From: Chrysochromulina tobinii
Lineage: Eukaryota
Direction: 5' to 3'
NCBI GenBank assembly: GCA_001275005.1
Contig: JWZX01003310.1
Location: forward strand, 1 to 58,578
Length of the DNA: 58,578 nt
Shown here: in pieces, positions 10,790 through 21,800 of the stretch
Layout of the letters: every line of letters starts with the position of its first letter
How positions within the stretch are numbered: position 1 is the first letter of the stretch
Program-made: the position numbers and the translations under genes
The notes under the pieces: generated by a model
Told to the model about the DNA's origin: nothing
Seen by the model: the letters and a program-made list of their open reading frames with translations, nothing else
Databases searched by the model: none

Positions 10790-11914
10790 CTAGATCCATG
10801 AGTGCGCGCGCACACCGCGCTGACGAAATTGGAGGAAGCTGGCGTACGAATCTGACAAGGTTCTCACCCCACTTGTACCCGCCGTAAACCAACTGTTTGC
10901 CCACCATTTGTCCATCCACGGGTTTCGCACATGATGTTCCCAGAAGAACTCATCGATGAATTCCAGATCGGCTGCTCCTTCAGGCGAAAGGAGGTGGTCG
11001 ACGATACCCTGCTCAGTTTCGATGTTGTCAATGTCCAACTTGAATAGGACATAGTCACCGGTGCGCGCAGTCCTACGAATGATGGTCGGGAGAAACGGAT
11101 GCGTCGTGTTGTCCTTGGCGACGGCTGCTTGGTGAAACCGTACGCGGCTGGCCCATGCGTCTGGTACTGTTTTGAGGAACCGTTTAGGGTCTGTGGTTGG
11201 CTCCCACGCCTCGACGAAATCAAAGTCAATGCCATGCCGCGCCCACAAGGTAGTGAAGAAATCGAGGGACGCGCCGCCCAACCCCACGTTCCAACTCGAT
11301 GCTCCGGCATCAAAGTAGTACGCGCGCTGTCCCAAAAGTAGGTTGGGGACTGGCACTATGTACGAGCGCTCATCGTTTCTGATTCTGGGATCGCCCGCTC
11401 GCTGGCAGCCGTTGAGTGGGTGCCGCAGGTGCGATACCAGTGGTTCGATGTACTCCACCGTGCGTTCCAACGTGCAGTCGTTGACAAACTCAAGCTGGGA
11501 GAATATGGCCGGGTTTCGGGGCATCAAAGGTAAAGGCTTTGGATCATGTTGTGCGAGGCCGGCAGGCCTTTTGTCGGTGAGTCGACCTGTTTGTTTGTTC
11601 AACCACATCGTTTGCACTGTGTCGTCAAGTGCACACCAGATTGGATCATCGTAGTGCACTGCGCAGGTCGAATTTAGGAAAGCGTGGATTTGTGCAGCCT
11701 GGGAATTGACCGCTGAGCAGAGAGAACCAAGCGACCCCTGCCACTCGCCTATGTTGTCAAGCCAAAGCTGTTCCCAAGGCGAAGAAGTATATCGCAGGAA
11801 GCGCTTCAGCTGGCAAGGACCTTTTGGGGTTGGTGCCGAATCGGCTCCTATGACCGTCCCAGAGGGCGGCCTCATGTAGCGTTGTGAGAGCTCCCTTGCT
11901 GTGTGCATATCCAT
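10790..11914 (-). CDS. FkbM-like SAM-dependent methyltransferase-family protein
   Basis: Motifs YYFDAGAS, VEAWEP, YVLFKLDID and IDEFFWEHH. The 5' end is uncertain, and the region is less GC-rich than its neighbours. Confidence 0.75.
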   Translation of the reverse strand: MDMHTARELSQRYMRPPSGTVIGADSAPTPKGPCQLKRFLRYTSSPWEQLWLDNIGEWQGSLGSLCSAVNSQAAQIHAFLNSTCAVHYDDPIWCALDDTVQTMWLNKQTGRLTDKRPAGLAQHDPKPLPLMPRNPAIFSQLEFVNDCTLERTVEYIEPLVSHLRHPLNGCQRAGDPRIRNDERSYIVPVPNLLLGQRAYYFDAGASSWNVGLGGASLDFFTTLWARHGIDFDFVEAWEPTTDPKRFLKTVPDAWASRVRFHQAAVAKDNTTHPFLPTIIRRTARTGDYVLFKLDIDNIETEQGIVDHLLSPEGAADLEFIDEFFWEHHVRNPWMDKWWANSWFTAGTSGVRTLSDSYASFLQFRQRGVRAHSWI

Positions 11915-12323
11915 CTGCGAACTGGACTCTTAGCACCTGCCACAACCGCCGCACTCGCCTGGCACCACGCAAAGTGCTTGCCAAGGCCAGTATTTGATCG
12001 GTGCCGAGGGCGTGTGAGCGAGCACGCGCGAGCGGCGCATACACAGGTCGACTGATGATTGAATCCCTCATCAAGGGCTCCTAGGCCGAGCTCTCGCGGC
12101 AGGGCTCCCCGCACAGTGGGGGAAAAGTACCTTTGGATGAGTGTGAGAGCCCTCATGGCTGGATATTTGTGATCACACTGACGCGCTATCGACGTCCGAG
12201 TGCAAATAGTCCAAAGTGCAAAGAAGTCCAAAGACCCTGGAGCTCATCTGATACTGAACAAAGAACAAAGATCAAAGTACATCGTATGACAAAATACACC
12301 GCCCATGGCATTGCCTACCGCTT

Positions 12324-12692
12324 TCAACGTCGCGGCGACACGTCCTCCGTGGAAGCGGTTCGGAACCGTATCAAGGCGGGGCTGGGGTCGGCGTCGCTGC
12401 TCGCGTCCGTGTTATACATGATGGTGCTGGCGATCCCATAAGCGAAGAACGTGGCGACCCAAAACGCAGGCCGGTAGGTTGCCGGTAGCCTTCGCGATCC
12501 GAGGATGCCGGCGGGAAGTATTGCAAAAGGTGCGAAGGTGGCGACTCTTCGAGCGCCGTATGAATCCGAATCACCCAACACCGCCTTGCCTCTAGAGGCA
12601 AAGTGCGCCCGGTAGGCATGCGCTCCCACGACCGGTCGCTCGTCTTGTTCAGGCGATCGCGGCTTGCGCCATTCGTAGCGCGCCTCGGCCAT
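12324..12692 (-). CDS. Small hypothetical membrane protein (122 aa)
   Basis: ATG-initiated ORF with two hydrophobic segments; no family recognised. Confidence 0.45.
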   Translation of the reverse strand: MAEARYEWRKPRSPEQDERPVVGAHAYRAHFASRGKAVLGDSDSYGARRVATFAPFAILPAGILGSRRLPATYRPAFWVATFFAYGIASTIMYNTDASSDADPSPALIRFRTASTEDVSPRR

Positions 12693-12821
12693 GACGTTCG
12701 GCCGGGCCTCTACCTCGGTTGACGTTTCCCGCCGAAGGGACGTGTGAAGTCACTTTCGACCTGTGTCTCCAAATATAAAAAGAAGTCTCCACACCTCTGA
12801 ACGTGAGAATGATGACTATGC

Positions 12822-15800
12822 CTAAGGCTTCTTCTGCCCTTCGAGCAAGAAGAGGGCGACGCCACGCCAGTAGCAGAAGGCGGGGTGCTCGTACTGAGCG
12901 ACTCCGAGCGTCGGGTTGTAGTACATCGGAGCTTGCGCGCCCGCCACGGCGCCCGACGGCTCAGCAGGCGCCTCCAGCCACCCGAGGGGCAGCCCCGAGC
13001 ACACGGCCGCCGACGCTAGCCACAGAAGCTGAGGGTGCGTGCGCAAGGGCACGCCAAGATACACAGAGGCCGCGTGGAGCTCGTGCAACGAGATTGGGCG
13101 GATGCCGAGGGCGGCTATACGCGCCTCGAGGCTCGCCGTGCACAGGCGCGCCGCGGCGGCGTCGGGTGGCTCGCCCGATGCACGCAGAGCCTCGAGCGTC
13201 TCGAGAGTGAGCGCCTTGGCCGACGGCTCCTGCTGGAAGGGTGGCATGATCTCGCTGCTGATGAAGGGGCAATCAGGCAGCGCCTCCTCCAGACTGGTCG
13301 TGCGCTGTCCGCTCACCATGTTGATGAAGGGGCAATCAGGCAGCGCCTCCTCCAGACTGGTCGTGTGCAGGCCGCTCACCATGTCGACGAGCCACGTGCC
13401 GCCGAGAGAGCCGCCCTGGCGAGTACTAGAGCCTTGTACCAGTGGGGAAGTGCCGGCGCGTGCCGCCTCTGTGATCGGTTCCGCTGCCGTTGGGGATGAC
13501 GCGTCGGCGCGTTGGCCGGTAGGGCTACCGGCACGACGCTCGAGCGCGGCGCCGTTCTGGGCGGCGCCGTTCTGGGCGGTGGCGGGGGCAGAGCCGTCCG
13601 CGAACCCTTCCGCCTCGGGCGGCGGCGCAAACTCCATCCAGCGCAGGTGGAGCAGCTTCGCGTTCGGAGGCTCTTCATGGAACTTTCGTGGTACTCGCTG
13701 GTATGCCCGGAGCAGAGGATGCACCGCGCTTATGGCGCCGCTGAGCGTGTTCTGATAGCCCTGTGGACTTTGCTTCCAGGGTGGCGGTAGCGGCGCCGCC
13801 GCAAAGGCGACTGCGCACCAGAGCTTGGGCACATCCGTCGGCATCGAGGGCTTCAGAGAGTACCTATGAGGGGAAGAGAGGGCGTCGTGGTGAGCACTTG
13901 CATGCTGAGGAGGGCAGGAGGGCTTGAGAGCGTACCCGAGGGCCTCGGCTGCCCGGCGCACGTGCGCCGGCTGCAGGGGTAGCTGTATGGCAGCGGGCGC
14001 CAGGCATAAGAGGGCGCGCAGCTCGCCAAGGTGCCCCTTGAGTGGACGCGAGCTCTGGAGGAGAGGCGTTGCGATCGTCCCCTGCGCCGGATGTGCCCAC
14101 GGCGACGCTTGCTCTCGGGTCAGCGCCGTGGTGGGCACTTGCATGCTGGCCCGCGGGGGCGACGCTTGCTCTCGGGTCAGCGCCGTGGTGGGCACTTGCA
14201 TGCTGGCCCGCGGGGGCGACGCTTGCTCTCGGGCCAGCGCTGCCGCGGCGGCCGTTGCCGCCTCCACGGCCTCCGCCTCCACTTGCTTCGCAGCGAGCGA
14301 GATGGCGAGCGCGAGAGCGCGTCGTTGCATCCGAGCCTTGCGACACACCTGTGGGGACGTGAGGGCGCCGTGGTGAGCACTTGCATGCGGGGCGAGAGCG
14401 CGTCGTTGCATCCGAGCCTTGCGACACACCTCGACGTAGACTGAGCGTCGCCAGCACACGGGCGGCGGCGGCGGCGGCGGCGGCGGATGCGTGCGCGCCG
14501 TCGTGGGCAGCGCGAGCTCGGCCATCGAGATTGAGCCCGCCAGCCGATGGCACAGGCGCCGCGCCTGCTTAGCCATGGTCGCCGCCGGGCGCAGCGCCGC
14601 TCGCTCCGCGACCACCGAGGCCAACTCTGCATGCAAACGGGGAGGCAATAGGGAGGCAATTAGGGAGGCAATTAGGGAGGCAATTAGGGAGGCAATTAGG
14701 GAGGCAATTAGGGAGGCAATTAGGGAGGCAATTAGAGTGGCACTCACCTGCATGCAAATGGGTCTGCAGCTCGTCGAGGGCGTGTGGCTTGTACTCGAGC
14801 ACGCCGGCGCGCTTGCGCCGGACGCACTCCATGAATGTATGGGTGCCTCGTACCTATGTGGGGAAGAGCGGGCCCCGTGGTTAGCATTTGCATGCAGAAA
14901 CGCACTCCATGAATGTATGAGTGCCTCGTACAGGTGGGTTTAGCCCTGCGCAATTAGAGGGGCAATTAGAGGCAATTAGAGGCAATTAGAGGCAATTACC
15001 GGTGGGTTGAGCCCTGCGCAGTAGAAGCAGATCTGGCTGAGCGTTGTGGTGAGCGCTCCTCCCTCGGCCTCCGCTGGCTGGCTGCTCACGGCACGCGTCG
15101 CCTCGTTGGCAGCACCAGTAATGGCGTCGGACCCCTTGGGGACGCCTCCCCCCTTGGGGTCGCCTCCCCCGCTGGTGACGCCTCCGCTATTGGGGACGCG
15201 CCCCGTTTTCACAAGTGCATCCGCTTCGGCCTCGAGGCGAGCCAGCGTCTTCTCGGCGTCCGACGTGTTCAGCCTGAGTTTCTTTGCATCCTTGATGGTC
15301 TTCTTGAGCACGTCAATGTCAAGATCACCAGCTGCAGCAGCCGCAGCCGCAGCCGCAGCCGCACTGGACTTTGCCGCGCTCGCCCGGGCCTTTGCCGCGC
15401 GCGCCGCCGACGAGTGCGACCCCATCCGAAAGTTCCACTCGCGGTCCACGCAGAGCTCCGGCCGGTTGGGTACCTGTGGGGAGGGGTGAGGGCGCCGTGG
15501 TGAGCGCTTGCATGCCGACGAGCAGCACCCCATTTGGACGCAGGGCTCCGGCCGGTTGGGTACCGGTATTTCGTCCCACTTGGAGAGCTCGTCGCTCTGC
15601 TCGATGACGTGGCACACGGCCAGCGCCGCCCGCCGCGCCTCGAGCAGCCCAGCACGGCGCTGCTTGAGCTCCGATGATCTCCGAAGGGTTTCGTCCACCG
15701 CGTCCATCTGCTCCTCGAAGAGCCGTTGCGCCGCCGTCGGCTCGTCTTTTGACGAAGCCCGCCGTGCCACGCGCTCGACGCCGGCGCCCACGAGCACGCC

Positions 15801-18800
15801 ACCGGCGCCGCCTTGGGCACCATCCAGCGCGCCGCCTCCGGAGCCGCCGAGCTCGTAGCTGGCTTCGTCAGCCGCCTCCTCGCCGGCGCTCGGGCGCTCG
15901 TCACGGCGCGCATGCAGCCACTCGATGGCGCCACGCGTATAGAACCATCGCTGGGTGGATCCACGAAGCGCGAGGCGTTCCACGTCGAGGGCGGCAAGGG
16001 CGGCTGTGGCTTCTCGTGCCTCGGTGCGCGCGTCTTCGAGTGTGCCCTGGAGGGTAAGGGTAAGGGTAAGGGTAAGGGTTTGGTTTAGGGTTAGCGTCCT
16101 CGAGTGTGCTCTGGAGCGTAGGCGACGCTTCGATGGCGGCGCGTGAGAGGTCATCACTAATCATCACAAGCACTCCAATGATACTCGGAGCTCATCGTTG
16201 GCAATCAAGGGCTAATCAAGGGTGAGCGTGGGAGGTCATCACTCATCGTACCTGGAGCGTTGGCACTTCGGCCGCGACGGCGAGGTGGGCGGGACGGACG
16301 GAGATCACCTCGAGATTGAGCTTCGCGACCCCGAGCTCGCGCGAGGTTGTGGCAAGAGCCTGCATAGCCATGAGCACGGCGGTCATCAGAGCTACCCAGA
16401 GGGGCAATGAAGGTCATCACTAGCAATCAAGGTCATCACTAGCAATCAAGGTGATCACTATCAATCAAGGTCATCACTATCAATCAAGGTCATCACCTCC
16501 GGCTCGAAAGAGTTTGTCTTCCCCACCTCGCCGGTCATCAGACGCATCAGCTCGTTCACCGCCTCCACGGCCGCCTCCGCCGGCGGCTCCACGCTCTCAT
16601 CAGTGCTGGACGCGACGCTGCCGAACCCTCTGTGCTTGGTCGCTCCCGGAGAGTGCACGGGCGAATGGACTGGTGACGTGGCCCTCAAGGTCGGTGACGT
16701 GGCCCTCAAGGTCGGTGACGTGGCCCTCAAGGTTGGTGACGTGGCCCTCGAGAGGAGGGCTGTGGGGAGAATCTGCACCGTGAGCAGATATCGATCTCGG
16801 GCGGGCTGCTTCACCTGTGGGGACGTGAGGGCGCCGTGGTGAGCACTTGCATGCGGGGCGAGAGCAGATATCGATCTCGGGCGGGCTGCTTCACCTCGGC
16901 GATGCGCAGCCAATCATATGCAATCAGACGCAATCAGACGCAATCAAGGGCGGGCTGCTTCACCTCGGCGATGCGCAGCGTCACAAGGTGAGCATCCGCA
17001 TGCCACCAGCCGAGAAGGTCAGCCACGCACACATGGCCGACGCTGTCGTCAAAGGCACGCGTGATGGCCTCGCTTTGACGTCGCCCGGATGCCGCGAGCA
17101 GCAAGCTTGCCTCGGCCTCGACACGCCTCACCAGAACCCGGGATGGCAGGCCCGCGGCATAGGCCACACAGCGGCGCAGAAAGTCCTCGCGCTCCGTCAG
17201 GGCGCGCAGCCGGGCGCGCTCGCCTGATGAGGGACGCAATCAGACGCAATCAGACGCAATCAGACGCAATCAGACGCAATCAGACGCAATCAGACGCAAT
17301 CAAGGGAGCTTACGGCACACGAGCGCCGCCCGGAGGGCCGCCTGCCGTTGCATGCGCAATCTCGAGAGCTCGAGATCGAGATCTCGCCGCCGGAGCTCAG
17401 TGAGCAGCCGCAGCGCGCCGAGCGACTGGCCGGCGCGCTCGAGGGCGTCGTGCTGAGCGCCGTCGGACGCGCCGTCCGCCTCGTCGGCGCTCGGGACGGC
17501 GCCGTCCGCCTGCAGCTCGGCCAGGCGCGCGCGCGTCTGGGCCGCGCGCTCGTCCAGCGCCGTGCTGAGCGCCGCGCCGCGCGCCGTTCTGGGCACATCG
17601 AGTTCGAGCAGCTCGGCGAGGAGCTTGTGGCGTGCGCGCTCCATCTGTGGGGAAGGGGGGGGGCGCCGTGGTGAGCACGTGCATGCAGGGCGGGGGCGTC
17701 CAAGCAGCTTGCGGCGCCGTGGTGAGCGCGCGCGCCGCTCCACACCTGGTTGCTCTCCTCCGCGGTCGAGAGGGCCGCCGCGTCGGCCAGCCTTGCCACC
17801 GCCTCGGCCTCGACCGCACGCAACCGAGCCCGGAGCGCTGGAATGATTCCCCACAGGGCCTCGACCGCCGGAAAGCGAGCCGCGAGCGTCGACGCGCACT
17901 CGGCGATGCCGCGCAGCTCGGCGGCGTGGGCGATCAAGGTGTGGGCGGCCGCATGGGCTGCGTCGAGCTTCGAGGCGAATAGCATCGAGGTGGACAGGGC
18001 GGAGGTGGCGGCGGAGAGGCCGGGAGATCGCACCTCGTGGCTGAGCATCTTCGCCTCGATCTCGGCTCGGAGATCGCGGAGCTCGCGAAAGATCTCGTCG
18101 TGCGGCGCCGAGATGGGCGCCGAGTTAGGCGCCGAGTTGGGCGCCGCTATGGCCTCGGTCCTCTCGGCGAGCGTCGTCCTGAGCGCCTCGCACAGCTGGA
18201 GCCGCGCCCCGAGCGAGCTCAGCTCGAGATCGCGCTTTTGACGAACCTTGCGCGCTGCACTGATCTGCCTGCCGAGGGCCGCCGCTGCCGCCCCGGGTGG
18301 GGGCACCGCTCGCCCGTCGACGAAGACGGTGGCGCCCGAGCGCGCGCCCGCCGCCGCCGTCGCCGATCGGATGACCGTCCCCTTCCATGCGCCGCTCCGC
18401 TGGCCCTTGGGAGTGGCGTGACGGGAGTCGCCGAGGGAGCTACGGTGGGCCGTTGGGCTGCCGCTACGGTGGGCCGTTGGGCTGACGAAACGGTCAGCTG
18501 ATGGGCTACCGGGATGGCTGCTCGATGCGCCGCCCGCGCCTCCGTCGGGGTCGGCGCTTCCCCCGTCGGGCGCTCGGCGCGGCGCGAGCCCGATCGATGC
18601 ATGCACGCTCTCAAGCTGGTGACTCGCCACTTCCCACAGAAGCTCCCGCAACGCCGCCCAACCCATCCGCTGCCGCTCCGCCGCGCGCAGCTCGAGCCAC
18701 GGGCCCGTTGTCCCACCTGATGATGCATGCACTCATGATGAGCGAGGCAATCATGATGAGGGAGGCACTCAGGATGAGGGAGGCAATCATGACGAGGGAG

Positions 18801-21800
18801 GCAATCATGACGAGGGAGGCAATGATGATGAGGGAGGCCATCGGGTGCTCGAGCACAAGCCCATCGTCCCAGCTGATGATGGAGGCAATCACGATGAGCG
18901 AGGCAATCAGGTCGTCCCACCGAGCACACGTGCAAGGAGCGCCTCCTTGGCCGCCGACACGGCGCGGTACGCGCGGTACGCGCGGGCGATCGTGAACACG
19001 GCGAGCGCCTCATGGCTGAAGACATTCTTGGCCTTGGCGATCGTCTGCTCTTTGAAGGCGCGGCGTGCCGCCTTGCGCTCCTCGGCCTTCTTGCGCGCCG
19101 TACGCCGGCGCACGACGGCTTGCATTGTGAGGCACGCTTTCCGGCGTAGGTACGCTTGACGCTGGTAGCGAGGTGATCGGAAGAGGGACTGGAGCTTGCG
19201 CACGTACCTGTGGGGAAAAGATGGCGCCGTGGTGAGCACTTGCATGCTGGGGACTGGAGCTTGCGCACGTACATCGTCATGCGCAGCCGTCGGATGATCT
19301 CTTCATACGTCGCCTTCTTGGCGACGCCGGTGCGGTCTCGGCGGCGTGGTTTGGGGCGCGGGGGGTAGCGATCTGGGTGCGCGGCGAGGACCCGACGCCA
19401 CCAACGCTGAAGGATGCCCGCGGCGACGCCACGGCCGAAGCTGTCAGGCTCGGGCCGGCTAGCGCGGGGTCGGCAGACGGCGCGCAACGCGCGTGTCTGG
19501 ACTGTCCGCGCGGCAGCGTCGCGCTCGAACCAGCGCGCAAGCCGATCTCGCGCCGCCAGATACCGACCTGTGGGGAAGAGGTGGTGGGGCGCCGTTGTGA
19601 GCGTGCGCATGCAAGGCGTCGTTGTGGGCGTGTGCATGCAAGGCGTGGCTGACCAGCGCCGCCATAGAGGAGAAGCTCGGCCTCGAGGTAGAGTGTTGAG
19701 TCCAATTCGAATCCCGGGGCGCGCTCCGATAACGGCACCTGATGAGGGGTGAAATCAGGTGCACTCAGGTGCAATCAGGAACAATCATATGCAATAAGGT
19801 GCACTCAGGTGCACTTAATCAGGTGCCCTCAATATGCACTCAAGATGCACTCAAGATGCACTCAGTATGCACTCAAGGACGGCACTCAAGATGCACTCAA
19901 GGACGGCACCTCCCTCGGCCCCTTGGCGAGCGCCGTGATGAGCGCGGCGCTCGCCGCGTGCAGGCTGGCGGGAGTGGGGCGGAGCTCGTTGATCAGGGCC
20001 GTTGACGCCGCCCCAAGACGCATCGCCTCGATCAGAGAGTGGACGCACTTGTCGGTGTACGGCGGCAGCTCGTCGAGCGACACGGGCGAGAAGCGGCGAG
20101 AGGAGTTGTCACTGCCGCTGCCGCTGCCGCTGCCGGTGGCGGCGCTCCTCCTTCTTGATCGGCTCGAGGTGGCGCGTGCGGCGGCGGCGCTCCGGACAGC
20201 CACGCCTGTGCCCTCCACCAACGCCTCCTCCTCCTCCTCCTCGTCCTCGTCCGCGTCCTCGTCCTCGTCGTCGTCCGCCTCGTCGATGGTCGGCTGATCG
20301 GACGCCCACAGCGGGCGCAGCTGCTTCGGCTGCGTCCAGGCAAGCACCATCGGGTCCACATCGAGAGGCAACGGGAGCCATGGACGCGTCTTCGTGAGCG
20401 CCTCGAGCGCCGCGCGCCCCTCTGTCAGCGCCGCGCCTCGCGCGTCCGCGGCGACCCGCTGAACGCGAGCACTTGCATGCATGCGCACGGCGACGCGCAA
20501 CGCGTACACGCTCGCCTCGGTGCTCGCTTTTCGCTGCTCCGTGACGGCTTCCACCACCGCGGCCGCGGCGAGCCGAAGTTGACGAATCCTATCGCCGAAC
20601 TCGCACACGTGCCCCGCACGCACCGAGGCGCCCAGCCAGGCGGTGTGAGCGGAGGCGACGCCTCTGCTCACGTATGGAGTCGTCCGGTCGCCGATGGCGC
20701 GCCGCGCGCGTGCAATCGAGCCGAGGCGGGCACGCAGCTGCTCGAGCTGCGCGCTGTGAACAGCGAGGGCGTCCGCCGTGCGCTTCCGGTGTGAATCGAG
20801 ATTCGTCAAGAGGTCTTCGTACGCGAGATCGTTTCTGACGAGATCGGCGAGCTCCTTTTCGGGCTCGTCCCTCATGGCGGCGGCTAGCAGCCGGCCGCTG
20901 CGTGCAAAGCTCGAGAGCACGTCGCTCTCGGCCTCGCCGTACCTAATTAGGGAGAGAGAGGGGGGCGCCGTGGTGAGCACATGCATGCAAGGCAGGTCAT
21001 CAGTCGCTCTCAACGCCTCGCCGTACCAGGCGTCTGGAACGGACGAGGTGCCACTCCCTAATTTGGAAGAACCAGACATGCCTAATTTGGTTCGCGACAT
21101 GGCCGCCGAACCGCTGACGCCGCCGCTGCCAGCGTCAGGGTTCGCTGGCGGCCGTCGGCCACTTGGCTGAGACGACGGGCGGCGGGACGCCGGGCGGTGC
21201 GGCACCGACGAGGAAGCGCCAGAGAGCGTCAAATGCCAGTCGTCGATGCCGCCGCCGCCACCGCCGCCGACGTCCTCGATGCCGCCGCATCCGGCGTCGA
21301 GTGCCGAGAAGGGCCTGGAATGGGCGGAGCGACGTGTCAAGCGCATCGCAAGCTCGCGGGAGGACCGCCTCGCATTGCCGTCGAGGGACGGCAACCAACT
21401 CGAGTACACCTTCGCAGCGCGCCCAGTGTTGTAGCTCGGGATCACCGACGAGATGCCCCCATTCCGCCTCTCGGAGATTGCCATCTCATCCCGCCTCTCG
21501 GAGATTGCCATCTCATCCCGCCTCTCGGAGATTGCCATCTCGGAGCGCGCGGAGCCTCGGCCCGCGGACGGTCGAGGCGCCGTGCTGCCGCCGCGCCAGC
21601 CGGAGCCGGCGGCGCCAAACATGCCCTCCCCAGACAGTCGATCGAGGGCGATCAGGAGCGCCGGCGCGGGGCTCGGGGGCATGAGAGGCGGAGCGCCCGA
21701 GCTGGCGAGCTCGAGGGCGAGCCGAGCCGAGCCAGCGAACGGGGAGCCGGCGAGGACGGAGCTCGAGATGCAATCTCGAACGGCGAGGACGGAGCTCTGA

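Noticed and set aside
14627..14753. ORF-track peptides such as (LIAS)n, MQVLTTAP, HASAHHG and (LT)n
   Set aside because: These are translations of intron cassettes, not protein domains.
19739..19760. CTGATGAG...GAAA resembling a hammerhead ribozyme core (antisense of family 2)
   Set aside because: No stem II or flanking helices, and other copies lack GAAA. It is simply the reverse complement of CTCATCAG.
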